64,000 bases of DNA from Phycisphaerae bacterium. Its GTDB lineage: Bacteria; Planctomycetota; Phycisphaerae; UBA1845; Fen-1342. Within the stretch, counting starts at the first letter, position 1; the number at the start of each line of letters is the position of its first letter. Below, in pieces: positions 48,898 to 58,231 of the stretch. The stretch is from the NCBI GenBank assembly GCA_963675745.2, contig CAXXWX010000026.1, positions 736,001 through 800,000 of the forward strand. The letters are read 5' to 3'. Below the pieces are notes generated by a model, which was not told where the DNA came from, did not search any database, and saw only the letters and a list, made by a program, of their open reading frames with translations. The position numbers were made by a program, and so were the translations under genes.

Positions 48898-51840
48898 ATG
48901 GACATCGACAGAGGTGTGAGACCGACGGGTAGCCGACAACTTGTATCGTTCGCCCTGCTGACCGCGTGGCTGCTGTGCGCACCGCTGGCGGCGCTGGCCC
49001 AGGATCCGGAAAACTGCCTCTCCTGCCACCGTTTCCGTGGTCTGAGTCGGCTTGACACAGACACCGGCGAGCTGCGCCTGTTCTTCTGTAGCGCCGAGTA
49101 TTACATGCACCGCCAGGGCGCGCATGCGCGCCTGCGCTGCACCGATTGTCACGAGCGCTCCGAAGTCCGCGTGATCCCGCACAAGGTCGAGACGCGAGTG
49201 GATTGTACGCGCACGTGCCACATCACGCCCGCCGCCACCGGAACGGCGCTCCAGTTCAGCCATCAACGCGTCGCGGATAGCATTGCGCGCAGCAGTCATG
49301 CGCCGGAGAAACTGGAGGGGCTGTTCGACCCGCCGCTGTTGCACGCCGGCCAATCGCAATGCTTGTATTGCCACGATCAGCCGGTGTTCGGCCTTGCGCA
49401 CGGTGTTCCGGAAGGCTTTCTTGATCACAGCGGCGGAACGCGCTGCGACACCTGTCACCGCGAGGAACTGCCGCTCGAGGTCGAGTACTTTGCCAATCAC
49501 GTAGCGGCGCGCATGAAGCCCGCGCGGTCCATCCGCCAACTCGCCCAGGTCTGCGCCGTCTGTCACAGCGACAAGAAGATCGTGGAGCGGTTTGACGGCC
49601 ATGATGCCGTCGCCAGCTATCTGCACAGCTTCCACGGCAAGGCAAGTCTGCTCGGCAGTCACGACACGGCGACCTGTGTCGCCTGCCACTCGACCGAGGC
49701 GGGCGACCAGCACATGATGCTGCCCGCCGACGATCCCGACTCGTCAATCAACCCGGTGCAACTCCCCGACACGTGCCGGACCACCGAATGTCACCCCGGC
49801 TACCCGCCCGAAATGAGCAACGCGGCGGTTCACCTCGAGCTCGATCCAAACAAACGCACGCCTGAGTGGTACGTTGCGGCATTCTTCATCCTGATGACCG
49901 CGACCGTGATGGCCGTGTTCTTTCTGCTGGTTATCCTCGAACTGCTGAGCGCGGCGCTGCGCCGGTCAGACAGCGAGCACCATCGTCTCGCCAGATTGGC
50001 GGGCATGATCCAGGCACATCCGCAGGGCCGCCGGTTGCTGGAGCGCACCACTGTTCACCAGCGCTACCAACACTGGATCCTGGTAGTCTCCTTCGCGGTG
50101 CTGGTTATCACCGGGATGCCGTTGAAGTTCGCCGAGGCCGAGTGGGCGCACACGCTGGCGTATCTGTGCGGCGGCGTCTCCGTGGCCCGGCTGTTTCACC
50201 GCATCGCCGGCGTGGTGCTGATCGCCATCTTTCTGTATCACATAGTCCACCTGCTGGTTCTGCTCGTGCTCCAGATTCGCGCGGACCGCAAACAGGGCAT
50301 CCGCGTGCCGCTTTGGAAACGCATCGTCTTCTCGCCGATGATGCTGACACCCACAGACGCCGTTCAGTTCATCCAATTGATGGCGCATCTGGTGGGCCTG
50401 CGAAAGCGGCGGCCGGCCTTTGGGCGCTACAATTTCGCCGAGAAGTTTGAATACTGGGCGGTCTTCTGGGGCGTGCCGATCATGGGCCTGAGCGGACTGG
50501 CCTTGTGGGGCATGCCGTGGGTGGTCGAGTGGCTCCCCGGCCGGGTGATGAACTTCGCATTCATCATCCATTCCGACGAGGCCTATCTGGCGTTCATCTA
50601 CATCGCGGCGATTCACCTGTTCTCGGTGATCTTCGCGCCGGCCGTATTCCCCCTCTCGCTCGGCACGCTCACCGGCCAGGCGCCCGCCGCCGAATGGGTC
50701 GAGAATCATCGCGGCCAGTTGGAGGAGATTGCCCGCGAGCTCGATGTCACCCCGCCGAAAGATGCGCACACTCCCGCCGGCGGGATCACACAGGCCGGCG
50801 AGTTGATCAGGAATCTGGCGCTGCGCGTTTACAGCGCCGCACTGGCCGGCGCCTATGCCATTCTCGCCTTTGTCTCGCTGCGTTTTCTGATTCTCATGCT
50901 GATCACGCGCGCGACCGCCCCGGTGGAGATTGTCGATATCCCCAAGCGCCTCGATGCCGACGCCTTTTTCGCCGGCGCGCTGGCACCGATTGAGCACAGC
51001 GCCGACCTCGAACATCGCTCGCGCGGCCCCCTCGCCCACTTCCATCAGGTGCCCCAGTGGTTCGAGCCTGATCCACGCGACACATGCGCGACGTCCGGCT
51101 GTCACACACCCCTGCCACACGGTCAGCGGATAGAAGTGCGGGCGTTCCTAAACATGCACGCAACGTTTGTGGATTGCATGGTGTGCCACGCCGAAGAGCG
51201 GCCGGATACGGCGCGCGGCCGCTGGTTCTCTCTGCCGGATCGCGAGTTGCGCGACACCCCGGCCATCCTGCGCGCGGCTGCCCGTCTCGAAAACCAGACC
51301 CGGGCCGATATCGACGATGCGGCCGGGTTTAACGCGGAGCTTGTTCAACTCTTGCAAGAGGCCCTGCCGGCTTCGGGCAATGACGTGCAATTGCAGGACT
51401 GGCTGCTGCGGCTCGAGACAACCTATCCGGGCAGCAAGGTCTGGTCGCGCCTCATCGACGAACTGCGCGGCAAAATCCAAGCACACGTTCGCGGCGAGTA
51501 CGCGGCAAAGATCGGTCTGTACGTTGGCCAGCGGCGCATTGGCGAGCCCGGCGCCGAGCAGCGCCGCGCCACCGCCGATTTCCTGAACGCACCGGGTGAC
51601 ATGACCGAAGCCCGCCGTCAGGAGTTGCTCGATACGGTCCACACGGGCGTACACTCCGTCGGCGCGATGTGTACGCCGTGTCATTCGCAGGACCCAACCC
51701 TGATCGAGATCAGCAAGCTCGGCTATCCGGAGAGCCGCGTGCGCGCCCTGCGCGACAGCCAGATCATGCGCTCGGTGCTGACGATCGAGGCCGGCCAGCC
51801 GTTCTATCTGCCGCTTGACACGGAGAGTGAGCACGAGTGA
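48898..51840 (+). CDS. Multiheme cytochrome c / cytochrome b (FdnI-like) / triheme fusion, CbcL-like membrane quinol oxidoreductase
   Basis: Signal peptide; 6 CXXCH + CX3CH + CX4CH; TM; cytochrome b module with four His (QHW, FHR, IHSDEA, IHL) and EKFEYWA..WG; one more TM; then CX4CH + 2 CXXCH. Confidence 0.88.
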   Translation: MDIDRGVRPTGSRQLVSFALLTAWLLCAPLAALAQDPENCLSCHRFRGLSRLDTDTGELRLFFCSAEYYMHRQGAHARLRCTDCHERSEVRVIPHKVETRVDCTRTCHITPAATGTALQFSHQRVADSIARSSHAPEKLEGLFDPPLLHAGQSQCLYCHDQPVFGLAHGVPEGFLDHSGGTRCDTCHREELPLEVEYFANHVAARMKPARSIRQLAQVCAVCHSDKKIVERFDGHDAVASYLHSFHGKASLLGSHDTATCVACHSTEAGDQHMMLPADDPDSSINPVQLPDTCRTTECHPGYPPEMSNAAVHLELDPNKRTPEWYVAAFFILMTATVMAVFFLLVILELLSAALRRSDSEHHRLARLAGMIQAHPQGRRLLERTTVHQRYQHWILVVSFAVLVITGMPLKFAEAEWAHTLAYLCGGVSVARLFHRIAGVVLIAIFLYHIVHLLVLLVLQIRADRKQGIRVPLWKRIVFSPMMLTPTDAVQFIQLMAHLVGLRKRRPAFGRYNFAEKFEYWAVFWGVPIMGLSGLALWGMPWVVEWLPGRVMNFAFIIHSDEAYLAFIYIAAIHLFSVIFAPAVFPLSLGTLTGQAPAAEWVENHRGQLEEIARELDVTPPKDAHTPAGGITQAGELIRNLALRVYSAALAGAYAILAFVSLRFLILMLITRATAPVEIVDIPKRLDADAFFAGALAPIEHSADLEHRSRGPLAHFHQVPQWFEPDPRDTCATSGCHTPLPHGQRIEVRAFLNMHATFVDCMVCHAEERPDTARGRWFSLPDRELRDTPAILRAAARLENQTRADIDDAAGFNAELVQLLQEALPASGNDVQLQDWLLRLETTYPGSKVWSRLIDELRGKIQAHVRGEYAAKIGLYVGQRRIGEPGAEQRRATADFLNAPGDMTEARRQELLDTVHTGVHSVGAMCTPCHSQDPTLIEISKLGYPESRVRALRDSQIMRSVLTIEAGQPFYLPLDTESEHE

Positions 51841-51875
51841 ATCGTCACCGGCTGCGTCATCCTGGAGTGTGTGTT

Positions 51876-53765
51876 ATGCGTGTAAACCGGCGCGAACGCG
51901 CCGCCATCGGCAGACTGCTGCCCCAAGCTGCACTGGTGGTGGCACTCTTGCTCGGATCTGCGGCCGTCACCGCGTGGGCGGACGATCCGGACAACTGCCT
52001 GCTCTGCCATCAGTATCGCGGGCTGGGGCGTTACATCCCCGAGAGTGACGCAGTCCACCTGTATTTCACCAGTCCCGACTACCAACACCTGCGTCTCGGG
52101 GCTCACGCGCGCATCGCCTGCACCGACTGCCACGAACGCTCCGAAGTTAACGTGATCCCGCACAAACCGGTGTCACGCGTCGATTGCACGCGGCAGTGTC
52201 ATTTGCACAACATGAGCGGCGTGGCGCGGCGGTACACGCATGCCAACGTCGCCGACGCGCTCCAGCAGAGCATCCACAGCTTTGACACGCTCGCGCAACT
52301 GGAGTTCACCGACGGCCCGCTATTGGGCGCGGGGCAGTCCTATTGTCTGTATTGCCACGACGAACCCCTGTACCGCGACCCGGTCGAGCTGATTCCAACG
52401 CTCGAATATGTCGGCGAACACGTATATCGCCGCTGCTACGGGTGCCACGCCGATCAGGTGCCGACCGACACCGACTTCTACTTGCGTCACGTAACCTCGC
52501 GGTTGCAAAACGCTCGGCCGCCGCTCGAGATGGCCCAGGCCTGCGCGGTGTGCCACAGCGACAAGAAAGTCCGCGAGAAGTACGGGCTTCAGGATGGCGT
52601 GGTCCGCTATGCCAGCACGTACCACGGCAAGGCGGCGCTGCTCGGCTCGCACGATACGGCGAACTGCATCAACTGCCACGCCCGCGAGAGCGAGGACACA
52701 CACCTGATTCGTTCGCAGTACGACGAAGCATCGATCAGCCATCCCGACCACAAGGCCGACTCCTGCCGCTCGGTCAATTGTCATCCGGGCGCCGATCGCA
52801 GCATCGGGCGCGCAGCCGTCCACTTGGACGTGCCGACGCTGACCGGCATAGAGATCGGCCTGGTGATCGCTTTCATCATCTTCACCATGCTGACCTTCGG
52901 CCCGTCGCTGGTGCTCACGCTGCTCGAGCTGTTTCAGGTGGTGATCGGACGCCACGTGGCGGACGAGGAACCCATGCGCCGCCTGACGCTCTCGGTGCTG
53001 CGTCATCCCGAAGGTCGCCGGCGTCTGCGGCGCTTCACACCCAGCCAACGCTGGCAACACTGGCTGCTGGCGCTGCTCTTCGCCCTTTTGGTGATTACCG
53101 GCTTCCCGATGAAGTTTGCCGCCGAGCCGTGGGCGCGGCACGTAATCGACACCATCGGCGGGTTGGCCGTGGCGCGGCACATCCACCACTACTCCGGCGT
53201 GGCCCTGGTCGTCGGGTTCGGCCTGCACTTGCTGACCGCGATTGTGCGCATGCTCGCCGCCGCGCTGCGTGCCGGTTCCGACGGCAAGCGCCAGGGGTTG
53301 ATCAAGGCGTTGATCACGATGCCGATGTTTGTCGGCCCCAAGGATCTCATCAAGGGCGGGCAGCTAATGGCCTACCTGCTCTTCCTGCGCAAGAAGCCGC
53401 CGTCGTTCGGGCGCTTCAGCCTCGACCAGAAGTTTGAATATCTCGGGGTGTTCTGGGGCACGATGCTGCTGGGAGTCACCGGCGCCCTGCTCTGGGACAC
53501 GCAGATCAGTTCGCGATTCGTGAGCGGAAACGTGTTTAACCTGGCGCTGATCGCGCACACGTACGAGGCGTTTTTGGCGGTAATTCACGTGGGCATCCTG
53601 CACATCTGTAACGTGGTCTTCGCGCCGCAGGTCTTCCCGTTCTCGCCCGCGACGCTCACTGGGCAGACGCCCATCACGCGTCTGGCCGAGGTTCACGCCG
53701 ATCTGGTCGTCGATGTGGCCCAAGATCTTGGCATCGAGATCCCGAAGGAGGTGTCCCATGCCTGA
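51876..53765 (+). CDS. Paralogous multiheme cytochrome c / cytochrome b protein (CbcL-like)
   Basis: Same motif order as the N-terminal ~two-thirds of the preceding gene (DP.NCL.CH..RGL.R, GAHAR..CTDCHERSEV..IPHK, HGKA.LLGSHDTA.C..CH, KFEY..VFWG); 6 CXXCH + 2 variants. Confidence 0.88.
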   Translation: MRVNRRERAAIGRLLPQAALVVALLLGSAAVTAWADDPDNCLLCHQYRGLGRYIPESDAVHLYFTSPDYQHLRLGAHARIACTDCHERSEVNVIPHKPVSRVDCTRQCHLHNMSGVARRYTHANVADALQQSIHSFDTLAQLEFTDGPLLGAGQSYCLYCHDEPLYRDPVELIPTLEYVGEHVYRRCYGCHADQVPTDTDFYLRHVTSRLQNARPPLEMAQACAVCHSDKKVREKYGLQDGVVRYASTYHGKAALLGSHDTANCINCHARESEDTHLIRSQYDEASISHPDHKADSCRSVNCHPGADRSIGRAAVHLDVPTLTGIEIGLVIAFIIFTMLTFGPSLVLTLLELFQVVIGRHVADEEPMRRLTLSVLRHPEGRRRLRRFTPSQRWQHWLLALLFALLVITGFPMKFAAEPWARHVIDTIGGLAVARHIHHYSGVALVVGFGLHLLTAIVRMLAAALRAGSDGKRQGLIKALITMPMFVGPKDLIKGGQLMAYLLFLRKKPPSFGRFSLDQKFEYLGVFWGTMLLGVTGALLWDTQISSRFVSGNVFNLALIAHTYEAFLAVIHVGILHICNVVFAPQVFPFSPATLTGQTPITRLAEVHADLVVDVAQDLGIEIPKEVSHA

Positions 53766-54939
53766 TCCCACCGCCCCGCGGGATGATCCCTGGCCGGATG
53801 TCGATCCAGAGCTCGCCGCCGAGCATGAGCAGCGGCGGCACGAACAGCAGAAGCACGACGTTGGTCTGTTACGCCGCGTCTACGCACTGTTGCCGATCAT
53901 CGGGGTGCTATATCTGAGTTACCGGGCGATTGCCTATCTGATCGTGGCACTGCTGGTCGAGGAATACGCGCCGCCGAAGCAGTTCACGCAGATCCCGGCC
54001 CGGCTGACGGCCGAGGTATGGCGTACGGCACCCGACCGCTGGCTGGGTAGCGCGCTGGCCGAGAGCCCGCGTGCCCCGCTTTCGCACTATCACCAGATCG
54101 ACGGCTGGTTCCAGCCGGACGCTGTCAACGACTGCACGCGCGCCGGCTGTCACAGTCTGATGCCACACAGTCGGCACAAGGAAGTCCGCGCCTTTCTCAA
54201 CATGCACGCCACCAGCCTGCACTGCGCCGTGTGCCACCTCGACACACCCGCCAAGCCGCTTCCGTTGGTTTGGTACAACCTGAAGGCCGGCGCGATGACC
54301 GACCCGCCCGCGCTATTGCAGGCCTATGGCTGGCTCGAATCCGACGCCGGCGCACAACTGCTGAGCACCCCGACGGCCGACGGCCAGAAACATCTTGTCC
54401 GACTTCTCGAGCAAGCCGCCGCCCAGGCCGGCGACGATCCGTCGCTTACGCGCATGGCGCAGCTCGTGGCCGGCCCGCGCTACACCAGCCGGCAATTCCT
54501 CACCACGGTCGCCAACGTGCGCGCCAGGCTGCCATCGTTTTTCCGCGGCGAGTATGGCGCGAAACTGACGCTGCGCGACCAGGCCACCGGTCGGCCAATA
54601 CACGGCCACCCAGGCGTGGAGAAGCTTGTGCGCGAGTTCATCGCGCGCGGCGATCAGCTTAATGAGCAGGCGCGCGATGACCTGCTCGGCCGCCTCCACC
54701 CGGCCCGCCGATCCGTCACGCTGCAATGTACCGATTGCCATCGTCAGGAGGGTGGCCTGGTCGATCTCGCCGTGGCCGGCTATCCGCCGCAGCGCATCGC
54801 CACTCTGCAACAAGGTTGGATATTCCGTGCCATCGATCACATCATGGAGGGCAATCCCCTGAATCTGCCCGGTTTTCTGGCGTCGCAGAGTAAGGATTCT
54901 CCAGTTCCGCCATCACCGGAGCCACCCGAGGAGCCGTAG
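53758..54939 (+). CDS. Membrane-anchored triheme cytochrome c, homolog of the C-terminal domain of 48898-51840
   Basis: One TM; R.PL.H.HQ...WF.PD, C...GCH..PH...EVRAFLNMHAT..C.VCH, RGEY.AK and CT.CH are shared with that domain. Confidence 0.85.
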   Translation: MPDPTAPRDDPWPDVDPELAAEHEQRRHEQQKHDVGLLRRVYALLPIIGVLYLSYRAIAYLIVALLVEEYAPPKQFTQIPARLTAEVWRTAPDRWLGSALAESPRAPLSHYHQIDGWFQPDAVNDCTRAGCHSLMPHSRHKEVRAFLNMHATSLHCAVCHLDTPAKPLPLVWYNLKAGAMTDPPALLQAYGWLESDAGAQLLSTPTADGQKHLVRLLEQAAAQAGDDPSLTRMAQLVAGPRYTSRQFLTTVANVRARLPSFFRGEYGAKLTLRDQATGRPIHGHPGVEKLVREFIARGDQLNEQARDDLLGRLHPARRSVTLQCTDCHRQEGGLVDLAVAGYPPQRIATLQQGWIFRAIDHIMEGNPLNLPGFLASQSKDSPVPPSPEPPEEP

Positions 54940-57900
54940 TGCCCGTCCACCGCCAGAGCTGCGTAGCGCGCGGAGCTTGCTTGCCCGCCGCCGCCCGGAC
55001 GTCCGGGGCTTCTGCTCCCGGCGGAGTGCTGCTGCGCTTCGCCGCCCTGGCAACTCTCGTGATGCTCGCGCCGGCCGGCGTGGCCCTTGGCGATCAGCCC
55101 TGGCCGCTGATCGGCAAGCCAATCCTCACATTCGAAACTCCGCCGGATGACGCACTCTTCATGCCCACCGCCGTAACGATCGCCCCCGACGGCTCGGTCT
55201 ACGTGGTTGATGGCGTAAACGACCGCGTCGTGCATTTCGACGCCCAGGGCCGGCCGCTCGAGCGCATCAGCGCGGTTGGCACCGCCCAACTCAGCAGCCC
55301 GGTTGGCGCACGTGTGGATGCACAGGGACGGCTTTGGATCGCCGACACCGGAAACCACCGTGTACTTGTCCGAAACCCGGATGGTGCATTGGAGCGCGAG
55401 ATCGTGGTTCCGGCGGCGGTGCTGAAAGAACCTCCCGATTTGACCGATCTGGCCATCAGCCCGGACGGCAAAACGGTGTTCCTGGTCGACAACGACCATC
55501 ACCGGATCATCAGTTATGACCTGGCTGACTCGCGAGTGAGCACGTTCGGCACGCTGGGCGAATCTCTCGGGGAGTTTCACTACCCATTCACCATCGCGCT
55601 CGCACCAGACGGCGAGTTGCTGGTGACCGACGTCATCAACGGGCGCATCCAGCGACTCACCCGTGACGGAGTGCCGACCGGGACCGTCGGCGGATATGGC
55701 GTGGATTACGGCCAGCTTTACCGCCCCAAAAGCACCGCGCTCGACGCCGAGCAGGTCGTGTGGATATCCGATGGGACGCTGGACGTTATCCAGGCGTTCA
55801 GATCAGACGGCCGCCTGGTAGACGTGCTGCGCACTGAGGACGGCGAGCCGCTGCGTCTGGATTCGCCGATGGGGCTCGCGTTTGATCCGGACGGCTATTT
55901 GTACGCTGTTGAGCTGGGCGCCGGCCGCGTGCGGAAGTTCGAGATCCTCCGAGATGCCAGCGCCCCCCCGCCGGTCGTCGTGACCCGCCGCGGCACATCA
56001 ACCATCGGCCCCCAGGCGCGTGGCTGCACAATCTGTCACTTCGAATGGGTGCGGCCGCTGGTGAACGGGCAATCCACGCCACTGGCAGACGTACCGCCGA
56101 ACCCACCCGAGCACCCGTGGGTCAGCCGCGCCGAACAATGCCTGAGCTGCCATGACGGCTCTGTCGGCGACGCGCGCCGCCGCGTCTGGGTCGAGCACGG
56201 ACACCGCGTCGGCATCGAGCCCCCCGACAGCATAACGATCCCCGCAGACATGCCGCTGGCCAACGGGAAGCTCGCCTGCCGCACGTGCCATTCGGCCCAC
56301 AGCTCATCGGAGGAACGAACCACGATCGAGGGAATCGTCTTTCTACGCACCGACGAATCGCCCGCCGAATTGTGCAGCAAGTGCCATACGAGTTTCACGG
56401 GAGACGTTTCGGCCGGCATGCACCCGCTGGTCAAGATGCCATTCGAATTGCCCGCGGACCTGGTACACATCGATAGCCCGGAGACACGTTCGCAAATAAC
56501 GTGCCTCGGCTGCCACACGGGCCACGGCGGCGTCCATGATGACCTGCTCGTGCTCAATCCGAACTCCAACGATCTATGCCTGGCCTGCCATCAGAAGCTC
56601 ACGCCCGATCTCTTTGGCCCCGATGTCGTTGGTCGGCACGGACACGCCGTGCGGCTCACCGCCGAGCAGGTCGCGGTTGCTGGTGAGTTAGGCACGCGGC
56701 GTGGTCCTGGCGACGAGCTACTCTGCACGACGTGCCACGTTTCACATAACGCACCAACCGAACACAACCTCCTCGCATTTGATCTCGCCCAGCGCGACGC
56801 ATGCGCCGAATGTCACGTCGAGCAGAATGGTGTGATCGACTCGCCGCACGACATGCGAACCAGCGAACCCGGTGCGGTGGAAGTCGCCGGCGCGCGCGTT
56901 GAATCTTCCGGCGCCTGCGCCGGCTGCCACACCGCCCATCACGCGGGTATCGAGCCGAATCCCACGATCGACGACCCGCGCGGCCTCTGCATGAACTGCC
57001 ACGCCGCCGGGCGCATGGCTGGTGACAGCACACTCGGCCCCCACAATCACCCTGAAAGCGTGTGTACCGATTGCCACGACCCCCACGCCACCGGGTTTGG
57101 GAACTTCCTCACGGCGCGCCCCAGTGAGCGCTGCATCGAGTGCCACGCCGACTATGCCGGCGTGGTCAGCGGTCCCCATGATGTGTCCAACCGCGCGCCC
57201 GCCTGGCCAGCGAGTTCGGTGCAGGCCGGCGACACCTGCCTGGCCTGTCATCGACCGCACGGTGACGCGGCGCAGGGCATGTTCCGCGCCGGGCTGGCCG
57301 AGGATAAGTCGGGTGTGGACGCCGCCTGTCTCGCCTGTCACGCGGCCGCCACGCCGGGCCACGCCAGCGGCATCGCGCTGCTGCACCCGCGTGAAGTCCG
57401 CGCCCTGCACAGCACGCGCGAATTGCCATTCGCCACAGGAAATGACGGCAAGCCACGCGTCGCCTGCAACACCTGTCATGATCCGCATCGCGCTGACGCC
57501 GACACGTCCCTCCTGCGCGTGCGTGACGACCAGACCCTTGAAGACATGTGCCTCACGTGCCATGCCGAACGCGTCAACGTCCACATGATCGGTCATGCGG
57601 AGGATTCGATGCGCCGCGCCGGCTTCGCGGTCGGCGGGTGCCAGCCCTGCCACCTGACGCATGGCGAGCACGACCAGGTCGAGCCGCACATCATGTGGCC
57701 CAAGGCCCTGTCGCAGTTCGAAGGGGCCGAGAACACGCCAATCGCCGACCACTATTGCGTCTCGTGTCACCGCACGGGCGGGCCGGTGGCCCCGCCGGCG
57801 ATCGCTTCACATCCGGAAGTGGAGATGTTCAACCCCGAGCAGCCAGACTCCCCGGGCTTTCTGCCGTTGTTCAACGAGAACGGCGAGGTCGACCCGGCTG

Positions 57901-58130
57901 GCCACATCTCCTGTCGCACGTGCCACCTGACGCATGGACGCAGTGAGCCGGCCCCGCTCGCCCAGTCACTTGCGGACACGGCCGATCGTGAACGCCGCGC
58001 TCGTGCGTGGCACGTCCGTACGCTGGGACCGGCCAATGTCTGCACGACGTGTCATGGTTTTGACGCGCTGCGCCGTTTCATGTATTTCCATGATGCGACT
58101 CGACGGGGCGGGCCGATCGAGAGCCGCTGA
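54939..58130 (+). CDS. Secreted NHL-repeat beta-propeller fused to a 20-heme cytochrome c
   Basis: Signal peptide; NHL repeats (P..V...DG.VYVVD..N.RV, IADTGNHRV, G.F.YP); 20 CXXCH motifs counted, mostly as CXXCHxxH...CXXCH pairs. Confidence 0.9.
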   Translation: MPVHRQSCVARGACLPAAARTSGASAPGGVLLRFAALATLVMLAPAGVALGDQPWPLIGKPILTFETPPDDALFMPTAVTIAPDGSVYVVDGVNDRVVHFDAQGRPLERISAVGTAQLSSPVGARVDAQGRLWIADTGNHRVLVRNPDGALEREIVVPAAVLKEPPDLTDLAISPDGKTVFLVDNDHHRIISYDLADSRVSTFGTLGESLGEFHYPFTIALAPDGELLVTDVINGRIQRLTRDGVPTGTVGGYGVDYGQLYRPKSTALDAEQVVWISDGTLDVIQAFRSDGRLVDVLRTEDGEPLRLDSPMGLAFDPDGYLYAVELGAGRVRKFEILRDASAPPPVVVTRRGTSTIGPQARGCTICHFEWVRPLVNGQSTPLADVPPNPPEHPWVSRAEQCLSCHDGSVGDARRRVWVEHGHRVGIEPPDSITIPADMPLANGKLACRTCHSAHSSSEERTTIEGIVFLRTDESPAELCSKCHTSFTGDVSAGMHPLVKMPFELPADLVHIDSPETRSQITCLGCHTGHGGVHDDLLVLNPNSNDLCLACHQKLTPDLFGPDVVGRHGHAVRLTAEQVAVAGELGTRRGPGDELLCTTCHVSHNAPTEHNLLAFDLAQRDACAECHVEQNGVIDSPHDMRTSEPGAVEVAGARVESSGACAGCHTAHHAGIEPNPTIDDPRGLCMNCHAAGRMAGDSTLGPHNHPESVCTDCHDPHATGFGNFLTARPSERCIECHADYAGVVSGPHDVSNRAPAWPASSVQAGDTCLACHRPHGDAAQGMFRAGLAEDKSGVDAACLACHAAATPGHASGIALLHPREVRALHSTRELPFATGNDGKPRVACNTCHDPHRADADTSLLRVRDDQTLEDMCLTCHAERVNVHMIGHAEDSMRRAGFAVGGCQPCHLTHGEHDQVEPHIMWPKALSQFEGAENTPIADHYCVSCHRTGGPVAPPAIASHPEVEMFNPEQPDSPGFLPLFNENGEVDPAGHISCRTCHLTHGRSEPAPLAQSLADTADRERRARAWHVRTLGPANVCTTCHGFDALRRFMYFHDATRRGGPIESR

Positions 58131-58231
58131 AACACGCCCCGGCCACTGCGGGCTCATGGATTCGGCTGTGTTCCCCGCTACAATCTTCAGAAATCGAGAC
58201 AATCCCGCCGAAGCAACGGAGAGCCAGACGA

